A stretch of 64,000 bases of DNA from Alphaproteobacteria bacterium (GTDB lineage Bacteria; Pseudomonadota; Alphaproteobacteria; Bin95). Of this stretch, positions 35,493 through 46,835 are shown one piece after another. The stretch covers positions 1,184,001-1,248,000 of the forward strand of contig OZ219786.1 in NCBI GenBank assembly GCA_964291285.2. The letters are read 5' to 3'. The stretch's first letter is position 1. Every line of letters starts with the position of its first letter. The notes below the pieces were generated by a model. That model saw only the letters and a program-made list of their open reading frames with translations. It was not told the DNA's origin and ran no database searches. Both the position numbers and the translations under genes were made by a program.

Positions 35493-36718
35493 GACGGCTC
35501 GGCCCGCTTCCAGGCCGGGAACGGGTCCTTCAGCTTTTTCCAGGCCGCGGTCTGCATGGCTTCGGCATCGGCGTCGCCGACGAGGCAGGCGTCGAGGCGG
35601 CGGCGGATCGCGGCCTCGTCCATATCGGTGCCGATGAAGACGATTTCCTGGCGGCGGTCCCCGTAGACGGCGTCCCAGGAGTCGGCGATGTACCGGCGCC
35701 ATTCCCGGTGGTCGGGCCACCGCTCTTTGGGCACATTCGCCCACCAGAAGCCCATGGCCTCATGGCGCACAAGGGCGCCGGCCTGGCTCAGCTCGCCGAC
35801 CCATTCCGGGCGGGTGGCCAGCCAGAAATGCCCTTTGGCGCGAATGACTCCCGGCCAGGAGGAATTGATGAAGGCGTAGAATTTTTCCGGATGGAACGGG
35901 CGGCGCTCCCGGTACACGAAGCTGCGCACGCCGTATTCTTCCGTCTCCGGCTTGTGGTCCGCAAAGCCGTACAGCTCCTTGAACCAGAGGGGATGTTCCT
36001 CGGCCCTGTCGTGGTCGAACCGCCCGGTGTTCAGGATCTTGTCCAGCGGCACGCGCGACATGCTGGTTTCGATGAGGTCCGCATCGGGATTGAGCGAGCG
36101 GATGATCTTGCGCGCGGCGTCGAGCCGTTCGGGAGTCGCGGCGTCGATCTTGTTCAGGACGATGACATCGGCGAACTCGATCTGGTCGACAAGCAGGTTG
36201 ACCAGCGTGCGGGTGTCCTCCTCGCCCAGCGCCTCGCCGCGGTCCTTGAGGAAGTCGGTCGAGGCGTAGTCGCGCAGGAGGTTCGCGGCATCGACCACCG
36301 TCACCATCGTGTCGAGGCGCGAGACGTCCTCCAGGCTCTCGCCCTCTTCCGTCCGGAAGTTGAAGGTGGCCGCCACGGGCAGCGGCTCGGAAATGCCGGT
36401 CGATTCGATGAGGAGGTAGTCGAACCGGCCGTCCTCCGCGAGGCGGCGCACCTCCTTGAGAAGGTCGTCGCGCAAGGTGCAGCAGATGCAGCCGTTGGTC
36501 ATCTCGACAAGCGTTTCTTCCGTGCGGCTCAGATCGGCCCCGCCGTCCCGGATGAGGTCGGCGTCGATGTTGACCTCGCTCATGTCGTTGACGATGACCG
36601 CGACGCGCTTGCCTTCGCGGTTGTTGAGGATGTGGTTCATCAGCGTGGTCTTGCCGGCGCCGAGGAAGCCGGAAAGCACGGTGACGGGCAGGTTCGGTCG
36701 TTCCAGGGTCCGGGTCAT
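35489..36718 (-). CDS. zigA: COG0523 zinc metallochaperone GTPase (ZigA/YciC-like)
   Basis: [49 protein letters not shown]. Confidence 0.92.
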   Translation of the reverse strand: MTRTLERPNLPVTVLSGFLGAGKTTLMNHILNNREGKRVAVIVNDMSEVNIDADLIRDGGADLSRTEETLVEMTNGCICCTLRDDLLKEVRRLAEDGRFDYLLIESTGISEPLPVAATFNFRTEEGESLEDVSRLDTMVTVVDAANLLRDYASTDFLKDRGEALGEEDTRTLVNLLVDQIEFADVIVLNKIDAATPERLDAARKIIRSLNPDADLIETSMSRVPLDKILNTGRFDHDRAEEHPLWFKELYGFADHKPETEEYGVRSFVYRERRPFHPEKFYAFINSSWPGVIRAKGHFWLATRPEWVGELSQAGALVRHEAMGFWWANVPKERWPDHREWRRYIADSWDAVYGDRRQEIVFIGTDMDEAAIRRRLDACLVGDADAEAMQTAAWKKLKDPFPAWKRAEPS

Positions 36719-36834
36719 GGCAGGTCTTCAGAGCGTGATTACGGGAAGTCGGGGGCGTCAGGTGCGGGCGCCGCGTAAAGCCGGGGAAAGCAGCCGGCCT
36801 CGCGCCGGAAGCACGGGAGGCGTCTTACCGTCCC

Positions 36835-37338
36835 TCAAAGCTGCGTCGGGTTCGGCGCATCGCCATAGACGGCCCCGGGATCGAAGGATTTCCGCGACTC
36901 CGTGAACACAAGCCGGGCGGGTCCGCCGGGAGGGCCGCCGAGCTCGACCGAGCGATAGAAGCAGGAACGGTATCCGACGTGGCAACTGGCGCCCGAACCG
37001 GCGACCCGGACGCGCAGCCAGACGGCGTCCTGGTCGTCGTCGATGCGCATCTCGGCAACCTCCTGGACGAGGCCGCTGGTCGCGCCCTTGCGCCAGAGGC
37101 ACCGGCGGCTTCGGCTCCAGTAGTGCGCCTCGCCGGTCGCGATCGTTCGTTGCAGAGCCTCGCCGTTCATGTAGCCCAGCATCAACGCTTCGCCCGTGTC
37201 GGCGTCGGTCGTGATGCAGGGGATCAGCCCGTCGGCGTCGAATCTGGGCGCGAGCGCGAGGCCTTCCTCGACCTGCTCGACGGTCGTGCGGGACGCGAAG
37301 GGGGCGGCTGCTGCCGGAACGGACCTGTCGGACGCCAT
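36835..37338 (-). CDS. hisI: Phosphoribosyl-AMP cyclohydrolase (Zur-linked paralog)
   Basis: [39 protein letters not shown]. Confidence 0.93.
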   Translation of the reverse strand: MASDRSVPAAAAPFASRTTVEQVEEGLALAPRFDADGLIPCITTDADTGEALMLGYMNGEALQRTIATGEAHYWSRSRRCLWRKGATSGLVQEVAEMRIDDDQDAVWLRVRVAGSGASCHVGYRSCFYRSVELGGPPGGPARLVFTESRKSFDPGAVYGDAPNPTQL

Positions 37339-37403
37339 TGTCGAACTCTCTCCTGCGGCCGCGCCCGGCGTTCGGGAGCACTTGGCTGTTGTCATCGGGA
37401 GCG

Positions 37404-37421
37404 GCAACGTTATAACATTGC
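37404..37421. promoter_or_regulatory. Putative Zur box
   Basis: Near-palindrome GCAACGTTATAACATTGC between divergent hisI and zur. Confidence 0.75.
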
Positions 37422-37449
37422 GCATCCTGACGCAAGAAGGGACAAGGCC

Positions 37450-37956
37450 ATGGCGCCCCGGCCGGTCGAACCCCAGCCCTGTACCGATTCCGACTGCCGC
37501 GGACAGCATGCGCCGGCCGAGCGGGTTGCGCTGGCGGTGTCCCTCTGCAGCGCGCGCGGGGTGCGGCTTACGAAGCTGCGGCGCCAGGTGCTGGAACTGC
37601 TCTGGGAGAGCGGCCGCCCGACGGGCGCCTATGAACTGATCGCAGCCCTCAGGCTTCGGGGCTCCCGCCCGGTCGGGCCGCCCACCGTCTACCGGGCGCT
37701 TGAGTTCCTGATGTCCCAGGGGCTCGTCTCGAAGATCGAAAGCCGGAATGCCTACGTCCCCTGCGCGCATCCGGAGCGCCGGCATGATTGCCTGTTCTTC
37801 ATCTGCAACGACTGCGGGGCGGCAGCCGAACTGGAGGATTTGCGGATCGAGCGGCTGCTTGCCGAGAATGCCGCCGCCCTCGGGTACCGCGTGACGCGGC
37901 GCGTGGTCGAGGTGGAGGGCACCTGCGCGAGTTGCATCGCGGCCGGCGCGGCCTGA
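37450..37956 (+). CDS. zur: Fur-family zinc uptake regulator
   Basis: [51 protein letters not shown]. Confidence 0.9.
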   Translation: MAPRPVEPQPCTDSDCRGQHAPAERVALAVSLCSARGVRLTKLRRQVLELLWESGRPTGAYELIAALRLRGSRPVGPPTVYRALEFLMSQGLVSKIESRNAYVPCAHPERRHDCLFFICNDCGAAAELEDLRIERLLAENAAALGYRVTRRVVEVEGTCASCIAAGAA

Positions 37957-37976
37957 GCGGGAAAGAGGGGCGCACC

Positions 37977-39122
37977 GTGGAAAGCCGGACTCCCGATGGA
38001 TCGCCGCGGCGTCTGCCGGTCTCGGTGCTGACCGGCTTCCTTGGCAGCGGCAAGACAACCGTGCTCAACCATCTGATCCGGCAACCCGCACTGAGACGGA
38101 CACTCGTGCTCATCAACGAATTCGGCGAGATCGGCCTCGACCACGACCTCGTGACGCACAGCAAGGATGACGTCATCATCGAGATGTCGAGCGGCTGTCT
38201 CTGCTGCACCATCCGGGGCGACCTTGCCAGGACCTTGCGCGAGGCCCCCGGGCGCTTTGCGCGCGGGGGCGAGCTATGGTTCGACCGGGTGGTCATCGAG
38301 ACCACCGGGCTCGCGGACCCGGCCCCGATCCTTCATACCCTGATGACCGAACCGGCCGTCGCGCGGCGTTACCGCCTGGACGGGGTCATCTCCACAGTCG
38401 ATGCGGTCAACGGCGGCGGCACGCTCGACCGCCAGATCGAGCCGGTCAAGCAGGCGGCAGTGGCCGACCGCCTGCTGATCACGAAAACCGATCTCGTCGG
38501 ACCCGATGCCCTGCGCAGATTGCAGGACCGTCTGCGGGGCCTGAATCCCGCCGCCCCGCAGATCATCGCGGAGAACGGTGCTGTCGATCCGGCACTGCTG
38601 TTCGATGCCGGTCTGTACGACCCGAAGACCAAGAGCCCCGACGTGCAGAACTGGCTCAAGGCGGAAGCCTATGCCGGGCCGCACGATCATGAACGCGGAG
38701 CGGCCGGTCACGGCCGCGCCTGCGGACTCAACGACAGCAATCGCCATGACGCCCGCATCAGGGCGGTCTGCCTCACAATCGATGAGCCCGTCCACAGCGG
38801 CGCTCTCGATCTCTGGCTCGAATCGCTGTTCGCGTTCCGGGGCGCGGACCTTCTGCGCATCAAGGGAATCGTCAATGTGGCCGATCTCGATGGACCGGTC
38901 GTCATTCACGGCGTCCAGCACACCTTCCATCCGGCGGTCATGCTCAAGGAGTGGCCGGGCGAAGACCGTCGCTCCCGGATCGTCTTCATCACCCGCGGCA
39001 TCGACGAGGCCGTCCTGCGCGGCACGCTGAGGGTGTTCGACGCCGCCGGGGCCCGGCCGCCGGATCTCCTTCCGGTCGACGCCGGCGACAGCGGCCCCGC
39101 CATGTCCGAGGTGCGGGAATGA
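37977..39122 (+). CDS. Second COG0523/CobW-family GTPase
   Basis: [38 protein letters not shown]. Confidence 0.92.
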   Translation: MESRTPDGSPRRLPVSVLTGFLGSGKTTVLNHLIRQPALRRTLVLINEFGEIGLDHDLVTHSKDDVIIEMSSGCLCCTIRGDLARTLREAPGRFARGGELWFDRVVIETTGLADPAPILHTLMTEPAVARRYRLDGVISTVDAVNGGGTLDRQIEPVKQAAVADRLLITKTDLVGPDALRRLQDRLRGLNPAAPQIIAENGAVDPALLFDAGLYDPKTKSPDVQNWLKAEAYAGPHDHERGAAGHGRACGLNDSNRHDARIRAVCLTIDEPVHSGALDLWLESLFAFRGADLLRIKGIVNVADLDGPVVIHGVQHTFHPAVMLKEWPGEDRRSRIVFITRGIDEAVLRGTLRVFDAAGARPPDLLPVDAGDSGPAMSEVRE

Positions 39123-40501
39123 CGCTGCGCCTCGTCAACACGCTCACCCGGGCGAAAGAGCCTTTCTCTCCGGCGAGCCCCGACCGCGTCACGATGTATG
39201 TCTGCGGGCCGACCGTCTACAACTTCGCCCATATCGGCAATGCCCGCCCGGCGGTCGTGTTCGACGTTCTCTACCGCCTGCTGAAGCGGCGCTTCGGGGG
39301 TGTCGTCTACGCGCGCAACTTCACGGATGTCGACGACAAGATCAACGCCGCTGCGAAGGAGGCCGGCCAGCCGATCGCTGCCGTCACGGAACGCTATATC
39401 GAGGCCTACCATGCCGACATGGCCGCGCTCGGGGTCCTGACGCCGGATCTTGAACCGCGCGTGACGGAGCACATTCCCGAGATCATCGGCATGGCGGAAC
39501 GGTTGATCGCGCGGGGTCATGCCTATGCGGTCGAGGGGCATGTCCTGTTCCACGTGCCCTCCTATCCGGCTTACGGAACTCTGTCCGGCCGCAATCGCGA
39601 TGAGATGATTGCCGGGGCCAGGGTCGAGGTCGCGCCCTACAAGCGGGACCCGGCGGACTTCGTCCTCTGGAAGCCCTCGACACCGGACCTGCCGGGCTGG
39701 GATAGCCCGTGGGGCCGCGGGCGGCCCGGCTGGCATATCGAATGTTCGGCCATGATCGAGCGGCGCCTCGGTGCAACGATCGATATCCATGGGGGCGGCC
39801 AGGACCTGATCTTTCCGCACCATGAGAACGAGATCGCCCAGGGCACCTGCGCCCATGACGGAGAGCTCTACTGCCGCTATTGGGTCCATAACGGCTTCGT
39901 CACCGTCGAGGGGCGGAAGATGTCGAAGTCGCTCGGCAACGTGCTTCTCGTCCGCGATCTCCTCAGGCAAGCGCCGGGCGAGGCCATCCGCTTCGCGCTT
40001 CTGGGCACGCACTATCGCCAGCCGCTCGACTGGAGTGCGGACGGGCTCGCTCAGGCGAAGCGCAGTCTCGATCGTCTCTATGGCACGCTTCGCAATCTCG
40101 GCGATGCTCCCGATGTTGCCTGTCCGCCCGGCCTGCTCGATGCGTTCGAGGCGGCCCTTGAGGACGATCTGAACTTCCCGGGAGCAACCTCTGAACTCTT
40201 CCGGATAGCGAAGGCGGCGCGCCAGGCGGCGACCGCCGCGGACCGCGCCGCCTGCAAGGCGGCCTTGCGCACCGCCGGCGGCCTGCTGGGCCTGTTGCAG
40301 GAGGAGCCGGCAGCCTGGTTCGGACAGACCGCGGGAGAAGACGAAAGCACGGCACGGGTCCGGCGTCTGGTTGAGGCGCGGGCGGCCGCCCGGTCGGCAC
40401 GGGACTACGCCACTGCGGACCGCATCCGCGCCGAACTCGCGTCGCTTGGCATCGCCGTCGAGGACCGCGCCGACGGTTCGGCCTGGCGGAGGACCGGTTA
40501 G
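39119..40501 (+). CDS. cysS: Cysteine-tRNA ligase
   Basis: [39 protein letters not shown]. Confidence 0.96.
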   Translation: MTLRLVNTLTRAKEPFSPASPDRVTMYVCGPTVYNFAHIGNARPAVVFDVLYRLLKRRFGGVVYARNFTDVDDKINAAAKEAGQPIAAVTERYIEAYHADMAALGVLTPDLEPRVTEHIPEIIGMAERLIARGHAYAVEGHVLFHVPSYPAYGTLSGRNRDEMIAGARVEVAPYKRDPADFVLWKPSTPDLPGWDSPWGRGRPGWHIECSAMIERRLGATIDIHGGGQDLIFPHHENEIAQGTCAHDGELYCRYWVHNGFVTVEGRKMSKSLGNVLLVRDLLRQAPGEAIRFALLGTHYRQPLDWSADGLAQAKRSLDRLYGTLRNLGDAPDVACPPGLLDAFEAALEDDLNFPGATSELFRIAKAARQAATAADRAACKAALRTAGGLLGLLQEEPAAWFGQTAGEDESTARVRRLVEARAAARSARDYATADRIRAELASLGIAVEDRADGSAWRRTG

Positions 40502-40975
40502 ATGGGGGTCCCTCTGCAAGCGGGGCCCGCGCCGGCGGAAACTGTGGCGGATGTCCAGCAATCCATCGTGGACAGCTTCCGGTATCTCGAAAATTGGACG
40601 GAGCGCTACCAGTATCTGGTCGAACTGGGGCGCCGGCTGCCGCCATTCCCGGAGGCGAAGCGGATCGAGGCCAACAGGCTGCAGGGCTGTCAGGCCGGAG
40701 TCTGGTTCATCGCCGAGTACCGCAACGGCAGGCTCGATTTCAAGGCGACAAGCGACTCTGCCATCGTGGCCGGGCTCATCGCCCTGCTGCTCAAGGTCTA
40801 TTCGGGGCGTCAGCCCGATCAGGTCCTGGCGGCCTCGCCGGCATTCATCGACGAGATCGGTCTCGCCGATCACCTTTCGCCGCATCGGGCCAACGGTCTC
40901 TCGCTCATGCTCGCGCGCATCCGCATGTTCGCCATGGCTTATGCCCCGGACAACCCTGCCGGGGGAGGCGCATGA
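40502..40975 (+). CDS. sufE: SufE-family sulfur acceptor
   Basis: [36 protein letters not shown]. Confidence 0.92.
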   Translation: MGVPLQAGPAPAETVADVQQSIVDSFRYLENWTERYQYLVELGRRLPPFPEAKRIEANRLQGCQAGVWFIAEYRNGRLDFKATSDSAIVAGLIALLLKVYSGRQPDQVLAASPAFIDEIGLADHLSPHRANGLSLMLARIRMFAMAYAPDNPAGGGA

Positions 40976-41448
40976 CGGATCGCAAGCTGTACCACGAACG
41001 GATCCTGCAGCTTGCCGCATCGATACCCCGGGTCGGCCGGCTGGCGGCTCCCGACGCGTCGGCAACCGCGCACAGCCGGCTTTGCGGCAGCCGGATCACC
41101 GTCGATCTCAAACTCGATGGCGATGTCATCACCGACTACGCCCACGAGATCAGGGCCTGTGCCATCGGGAAAGCGGTCGCCTCCGTCGTCGCCAGGGTCG
41201 TTGTCGGTCTGACCGTCGACGAGGTGGACGAGGGCGCAGGGATTCTGGGCGCCATTCTCCGGGACAAGACGCACCCGCCGCCGGGACCCTGGGCCGAACT
41301 CGAACCGTTCCTGCCGGTGGCGGACTTCCGCAGCCGCCATGGCTCGGCGTCGCTTCCCTTCCAGGCGCTGCAGCGCGCAATTGCGGAGGCAGGCCCCCGG
41401 CAGCAGCGGTCTGCCGCGGTCAGCTCCGGGCAGGAGGTACGGACATGA
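40972..41448 (+). CDS. IscU/NifU-N-like scaffold protein
   Basis: [35 protein letters not shown]. Confidence 0.85.
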   Translation: MTDRKLYHERILQLAASIPRVGRLAAPDASATAHSRLCGSRITVDLKLDGDVITDYAHEIRACAIGKAVASVVARVVVGLTVDEVDEGAGILGAILRDKTHPPPGPWAELEPFLPVADFRSRHGSASLPFQALQRAIAEAGPRQQRSAAVSSGQEVRT

Positions 41449-41702
41449 CCAGACTCCCCTCCCTGGGCCTGATCCTGCTCATCCGCATCTATCAGTATCT
41501 GTTGTCGCCGCTGCTTGGCTCCAACTGCCGCTTCACGCCGAGCTGCTCGGCCTATGCCATCGAAGCCTTGCGGCGGCACGGCCTCGTCCGTGGCGGCTGG
41601 TTGACGGTCGGCCGCCTGTTGCGCTGCCACCCCTGGCATCCGGGCGGCCCGGACCCGGTGCCGCCTGCGAAGGCGCGGCGAGGGGGAGCGGCGTTTCGAT
41701 GA
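41445..41702 (+). CDS. yidD: Membrane protein insertion efficiency factor
   Basis: [23 protein letters not shown]...[14 protein letters not shown]. Confidence 0.95.
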   Translation: MTRLPSLGLILLIRIYQYLLSPLLGSNCRFTPSCSAYAIEALRRHGLVRGGWLTVGRLLRCHPWHPGGPDPVPPAKARRGGAAFR

Positions 41703-42262
41703 TCCGCAGAAATCCGCGCGGCGACATGCCGGTCGTCCATGAGAGCGCGTTCGTCGACCCCACCGCCATTCTCTGCGGCCGCGTGATCGTAAACGGGAAT
41801 GTCTTCATCGGACCCTATGCGGTGATCCGTGCCGACGAGGTCGACGCAGAAGGCCATATGGAGGCCATCGTCATCGGTGCGCACTCGAACATTCAGGATG
41901 GCGTGGTCATCCACTCCAAGTCCGGCGCGGCAGTCACCATCGGCGAGCGGACTTCGATCGCGCATCGCGCGATTGTCCACGGCCCCTGCACGGTGGGCGA
42001 CGGTGTTTTCATCGGCTTCAACAGCGTGCTCTTCAACTGCGCTGTGGGTGAAGGCTGTGTCGTGGAGCACAACGCGGTGGTCGATGGCCGCGACCTGCCG
42101 CCCGGTTTCCTCGTCCCCTCGACACAGCGCATCGGACCCCGCACCGATCTCGCCGCCATCCCGAAGGTCACGGCCGACGCCTCCGAGTTCTCGGAGGATG
42201 TCGTGCGCACCAACAACTCTCTCGTCCAGGGATACAAGCGCCTTGAGGGGGAGTTCCGATGA
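41699..42262 (+). CDS. Gamma-class carbonic anhydrase
   Basis: Hexapeptide repeats, [24 protein letters not shown]. Confidence 0.9.
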   Translation: MIRRNPRGDMPVVHESAFVDPTAILCGRVIVNGNVFIGPYAVIRADEVDAEGHMEAIVIGAHSNIQDGVVIHSKSGAAVTIGERTSIAHRAIVHGPCTVGDGVFIGFNSVLFNCAVGEGCVVEHNAVVDGRDLPPGFLVPSTQRIGPRTDLAAIPKVTADASEFSEDVVRTNNSLVQGYKRLEGEFR

Positions 42263-42312
42263 TCCGGGTCGCGCTGCCTGACGGCGCCCGCCTTACCAGA
42301 GCGCGCGGGTAA

Positions 42313-43479
42313 TACCAGCGGGCATAGTTCAGAACCCATTGGCCCATTTTCGGGTTCCGATGGAGGCGATGCGTTCTGGTTGTGAGACGAGATTGTTCCA
42401 GGCCTGGCAGCAGTGATCGAGTATGTCGTCGTAGTTCTGGAAGACGCGGTTCGAGAGCCAATTTTCGCGCATGAACTGCCAGACATTCTCGACGGGATTG
42501 AGTTCGGGGGACCGGGGCGGGAGCGGCATCAGGGTTATGTTGTCGGGGACTTTGAGGGCCGGGGATGTGTGCCATCCGGCCCGGTCGAGCATGACGAGGG
42601 CATGGGCTCCGGGTTCAACGGTGAGGGCGACCTCGGCGAGGTGGGCGTTGAGTGCCTCCGTGTTGGCGTGGGGCATGACGAGGCCGGCGGCCTTGCCCTT
42701 CTGCGGGCATATGGCGCCGAAGATGTAGGCCGAGATGGTTCTCTGGTCCTTGGGCGCTGACGGTCGGGTGCCGCGTTTAGCCCATCGCCGGGTGATCTTG
42801 TTCTTCTGCCCGACGCGCGCCTCGTCCTGCCACCAGACTTCGACCTCGACGCCGTCGCCGAGTGCAGCGCGGATCTCCTTCAGGCGGTCGGGGAAGTTTT
42901 TTTGAACCCTGCCAGCGCGGCTTCGTCCTGGGCATAGTGGCGCGGGCGCGCAGAGAGCCTGGCGTAGCCCATCCGGCGCAACTCCCGCCCGACCGTCGTC
43001 TCCGCCAACGAGATGCCGAACTGCTCGCTGAGCCATGCCGCCAGGTCGCAGCGCCGCCACCGCACCACGCCGTGGATCGCCGGGTCCGGACCGCTCTCCA
43101 CAACCGCCGCCAGCGCCGCGCGCTGCTCCCCGTTCAACTTGCGCGGCGGACCTGAGGCCTTGCGATCCTTCAATCCCTCCGGGCCTTCCGCGTTGAAGCG
43201 AAGAACCCAGTCCCGGATGATCTGCAAGCCCACCCCCGCAAAACGCGCCGCATCCGAACGACGGTAACCGTCGTAAATCACCGCAAGCGCAAGAAGGCGA
43301 CGGTTCTGCGAACCATCCCGGCTCCGCTGCGCCAAGCCGCGCAACTGCGCCGCATCAAAATCCTCCCTCAAGGGGATTGCTGCCCTCATAACGACCCTCC
43401 AATCGCAGAATCGCTATTGAGTCAGAACTCGATAACCTTGGGAATCCCCTCAATGAGTCTCAACCCTCAACCGCTGGTA
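42313..43479 (-). mobile_element. IS630-family element
   Basis: Ends TACCAGCGG / CCGCTGGTA. Confidence 0.85.
42329..43389 (-). CDS. IS630 transposase, two frames joined at an A7 run near 42900
   Basis: orfA HTH MRAAIPLREDF...FKK; orfB WQDEARVGQK, LDRAGWH, SPELNPVENVW. Confidence 0.9.
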
Positions 43480-44194
43480 TAAGCTCGCTGAGCGACACCT
43501 TCTGCTGCCCCTCCGCGTCGAAATTCTCCGGCGCGAACCATTGGGCGTGGGCGTTGCGGACGGCGGGCCATTCCTCGTCGGTCAGGGAGAACCAGGCCGT
43601 GTCGCGGCTGCGGCCCTTGACGATCAGGTGGTTGAGGAAGAGGCCCTCATAGCGGAAGCCGAGGCGGAGCGCCGCCGCGCGCGAGCCGGCGTTCAGCGCG
43701 TTGCACTTCCATTCGAGCCGCCGGTAGCCGCGCGTCTCCAGAACATGGTGCATCATCAGCGAGAGCACCTCGGTTGCGCGGATGTCGCGCTGCCAGGCGC
43801 GGCCGAACCAGATATTGCCGATCTCGCCGACGCCGGCGGCCTGCCTGATCTCCATGAAGCTGCCCATGCCGCCCGGAACGCCCGTGGTCCGGTCGCGATA
43901 GACCATGAAGAGCGGGTCCTTCGACGCGGCGCAGCCCGTGAGCCATTCATGCACGGCCTCCGCGCCGGCGAAGGGGCCGTAGCCGAGATAGTCCCAGATG
44001 CGGTCCGGCTCCTCGCCCTCGATCCCGGCCTTGTGGAGGCCGGCGGCGTCCCGGTCCGGGTCCACCGGCTCCACGACCGTTCGGGGGCCGGTGAGGGTGC
44101 TGCCCTCGAAGCCCTCCCAGTGGCGCCGCGCCACCTCCGCATTGCCGATGGGCCGCCTCCCGGCTGCGCTTGCCCGTTCCCTCTCGCTCGCCAT
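43460..44194 (-). CDS. GNAT (RimJ/RimL-type) N-acetyltransferase
   Basis: EIGNIWFG, GYRRLEWKCNALNAGSRAAALRLGFRYEG, KGRSRDTAWFS; last codons come from the IS630 end. Confidence 0.9.
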   Translation of the reverse strand: MASERERASAAGRRPIGNAEVARRHWEGFEGSTLTGPRTVVEPVDPDRDAAGLHKAGIEGEEPDRIWDYLGYGPFAGAEAVHEWLTGCAASKDPLFMVYRDRTTGVPGGMGSFMEIRQAAGVGEIGNIWFGRAWQRDIRATEVLSLMMHHVLETRGYRRLEWKCNALNAGSRAAALRLGFRYEGLFLNHLIVKGRSRDTAWFSLTDEEWPAVRNAHAQWFAPENFDAEGQQKVSLSELIPAVEG

Positions 44195-44284
44195 GTCCGC
44201 CGTCCCCGTTCCGGATAGCCGAGGATAGCGGGGAAGACGGTTTGCCGCTAAGGTCTCCGGCGACGATTTCGGGGGAGGAAAACG

Positions 44285-45322
44285 ATGCGGCTCGGCATCA
44301 CGCTCGGCTACAGCGGCGGCGACATGGCGGACAAGGTGGCGCTCGTGCAGGAGGCCGAGCGCCTCGGCTACGAGATGTGCTGGACTTCGGAGGCCTGGGG
44401 CACGGACGCGATCACGCCCGCCGCCTGGCTGCTTGCGCAGACCTCGCGCATCAAGGTCGGCACGGCCATCATCCAGATGCAGTCGCGCTCGCCGGCGCTG
44501 GCGGCCATGACCTCCATGACGCTCCAGGAGATGTCCGGCGGGCGCTTCGTGCTCGGCATCGGCCCGTCGGGGCCGCAGGTGATCGAGGGCTGGCACGGCG
44601 TGCCGTTCGGCAAGCCGCTGGCGCGCACCCGCGAATATATCTCGATCATCCGCCAGATCCTGAAGCGCGAGGGCGTGCTGGAGCATCACGGCGAGCATTA
44701 CGACATCCCCTATCACGGGCCGGGCGCGACCGGCCTCGGCAAGCCGCTCAAGACCATCCTGCACCCCGACCCGGACCTCACGATCTACACCGCCGCGATC
44801 ACGCCGGCCGGTGTGCGCACCGCGGCCGAGGTGGCCGACGGGGTGATCCCGGTGTTCATGGACCCGCAGAGCGACGTCTTCGCGGAGCCGATCGCGGACG
44901 GCCTCGCCAGGGCGGGCAACGGCAAGACGGCGGAGGATTTCGAGGTCGTGCCCTTCGTGCCGGTCCGCGTCGGCGACGACCTGGAGGCCTGCCGGGCGCC
45001 GGTGCGCGACCATCTCGCCTTCTATGTCGGCGGCATGGGCGCGCGCGACAAGAACTTCTACAACGATTATGTCGGGCGCATGGGCTACGAGGACGAGGCC
45101 CGCAAGGTGCAGGACCTGTTCCTCTCCGGCCAGCGCAAGGAAGCGAGCGCCGCGCTGCCGGACGAGCTGGTGGACAGCGTGGCGCTGCTCGGCGACAAGG
45201 CCCGCATCCGCGACCGGCTGGGCGCGTGGAAGGACGCCATCGCCGCCGGCCGCGTCGCCGGCATCGCGCTGACGGGCGCAACGCCAGAGGCGGTCCGCAC
45301 GGTGGCCGAGGCCGCCGCGTGA
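44285..45322 (+). CDS. LLM-class (probably F420-dependent) oxidoreductase
   Basis: EAWGTDA, SGGRFVLGIGPSGPQVIEGWHG, YVGGMGARDKNFYND. Confidence 0.9.
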   Translation: MRLGITLGYSGGDMADKVALVQEAERLGYEMCWTSEAWGTDAITPAAWLLAQTSRIKVGTAIIQMQSRSPALAAMTSMTLQEMSGGRFVLGIGPSGPQVIEGWHGVPFGKPLARTREYISIIRQILKREGVLEHHGEHYDIPYHGPGATGLGKPLKTILHPDPDLTIYTAAITPAGVRTAAEVADGVIPVFMDPQSDVFAEPIADGLARAGNGKTAEDFEVVPFVPVRVGDDLEACRAPVRDHLAFYVGGMGARDKNFYNDYVGRMGYEDEARKVQDLFLSGQRKEASAALPDELVDSVALLGDKARIRDRLGAWKDAIAAGRVAGIALTGATPEAVRTVAEAAA

Positions 45323-45353
45323 GCGGATCGAAACGTGACGGGAACAGGCAAAC

Positions 45354-45486
45354 ACCGTCACCCCGGACTTGATCCGGGGTCCATCCCTGAACGTCTGTAC
45401 CCGCCGCCGATGGTGGAGGGCAAGCCAACCGCCGGGGCAGCCGCGAGAGCCGGAGCTGGACCCCGGATCAAGTCCGGGGTGACGGT
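45354..45486. repeat. REPIN-like inverted REP doublet
   Basis: 30-bp perfect inverted repeat 45354-45383 / 45457-45486, each internally palindromic. Confidence 0.9.
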
Positions 45487-45530
45487 TTGGGCCGGGCAGG
45501 GCGGCGGGCGCTGTTTGTGAGGAGGCTTAG

Positions 45531-46835
45531 ATGCCGGACGGTTCGCTGACATCCTTCATGGCCGCGCGGGCGGAGGAGATCGTCTCGGCCTGCACGGCCT
45601 GCGGCGCCTGCGTCGAGGCCTGCCCCGTGGTGCCCCATGCGGGGATTTCCGGTGCGGAGCCGGGGGCGGTTGCGGGTGGCGTGCTGCAGGTGTTGCAGGA
45701 CGGCGGCCGGCTGGAAGGCCCGGCGGCCGCCTGGGTGCACCAGTGCAACGGCTGCGGCGAGTGCATCCCGGCCTGTCCCGAGGGCGTCAACCCGCGCAGC
45801 ATGGTGATGCTCGCCGCCGCCAGGTCCTCGGAAACGCACAGCGACACGCCGCAGCTTTTCCGCAAGATGGCGCGCGCCATCCGGCTGATGGCGGCGATGC
45901 AACTTGCCCCGGCCGACCTCGCAAGGCTGTTGCAGCCGCCGAAGCCGCGGTCCGTCCCGGTCGTCTTCTATGTCGGCTGCAATGCGGTGCGCACGCCGCA
46001 CCTGCTGTTCAACGCGATGTATGTGCTCGACGCCATAGAGGTCGATTACGAGGTCCTGGGCGGTCCGGCCGCCTGCTGCGGCATCATCCACACCAAGTGG
46101 GAAGGCGAGGCCGACGCCGGCGGGCGCGTCACCGACGGGACGCTCAAGCGGTTCGGGGACTTCCAGCCGGAGCGGGTGCTGAGTTGGTGCCCCTCCTGCC
46201 AGCTTCACCTGGGCGAAACGGTGGAAGGATACGGGGAGGCGGCCTTCGCCTTCGAGCATGTGACCGGCTACCTGGTCGAGCATGAGGAGCGGCTGCGCGG
46301 CCTCTACACGACGGAAGTCCCGATGCGGGTGCTCCTCCACGCGCATGAGGGCATGGCGGACCTCGGCGAGAATGTCGCCCGGCTGCTGGGCGACGTGCCG
46401 GGACTGGACATCGCCGGCATCGCCTGGGAGTCGGGATATACCTGCGGCGGCTCCGGCCAGGACCGCTCTCCCGGCCTGAAGGCGGAGCGGCGCAAGGCGA
46501 CCTATGCGATGGCCGAAGAGACGGGCGCAGACGCGCTGGTCTCGCTCTACCACGGCTGCCACGCGCAATTGTCCGCCGCGGCCGAGACGCAGGGGCCGCC
46601 GGTCGTCAATTTCACCGACTTCCTGGTGCGCGCCCTTGGCGGCGAGCCGCGCGCGGACCTGCTCGCGGGCTGGCGGATGGCCGGCGACTGGCAGGCGCTG
46701 GCGGACAGGTCCATGCCTTCGCTGGAGCGCAACGGCGTGTCGGTCGACTCCGAATGGCTCGCCTCGCTGCTCCCGGACATGCTGGCGAGCAGGGAGTTCG
46801 CCGGCGGCCTCGACGAGCTAGCCCGGCCGCGGTGA
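45531..46835 (+). CDS. Fe-S oxidoreductase (two 4Fe-4S motifs plus CCG domain)
   Basis: CTACGACVEACP, CNGCGECIPACP, YVGC, ACCG, WCPSC. Confidence 0.88.
   Translation: MPDGSLTSFMAARAEEIVSACTACGACVEACPVVPHAGISGAEPGAVAGGVLQVLQDGGRLEGPAAAWVHQCNGCGECIPACPEGVNPRSMVMLAAARSSETHSDTPQLFRKMARAIRLMAAMQLAPADLARLLQPPKPRSVPVVFYVGCNAVRTPHLLFNAMYVLDAIEVDYEVLGGPAACCGIIHTKWEGEADAGGRVTDGTLKRFGDFQPERVLSWCPSCQLHLGETVEGYGEAAFAFEHVTGYLVEHEERLRGLYTTEVPMRVLLHAHEGMADLGENVARLLGDVPGLDIAGIAWESGYTCGGSGQDRSPGLKAERRKATYAMAEETGADALVSLYHGCHAQLSAAAETQGPPVVNFTDFLVRALGGEPRADLLAGWRMAGDWQALADRSMPSLERNGVSVDSEWLASLLPDMLASREFAGGLDELARPR

Noticed and set aside
45354-45486. Novel ncRNA or terminator
   Set aside because: Explained as a REP doublet; the same unit recurs at 34617 and no RAYT gene is nearby.
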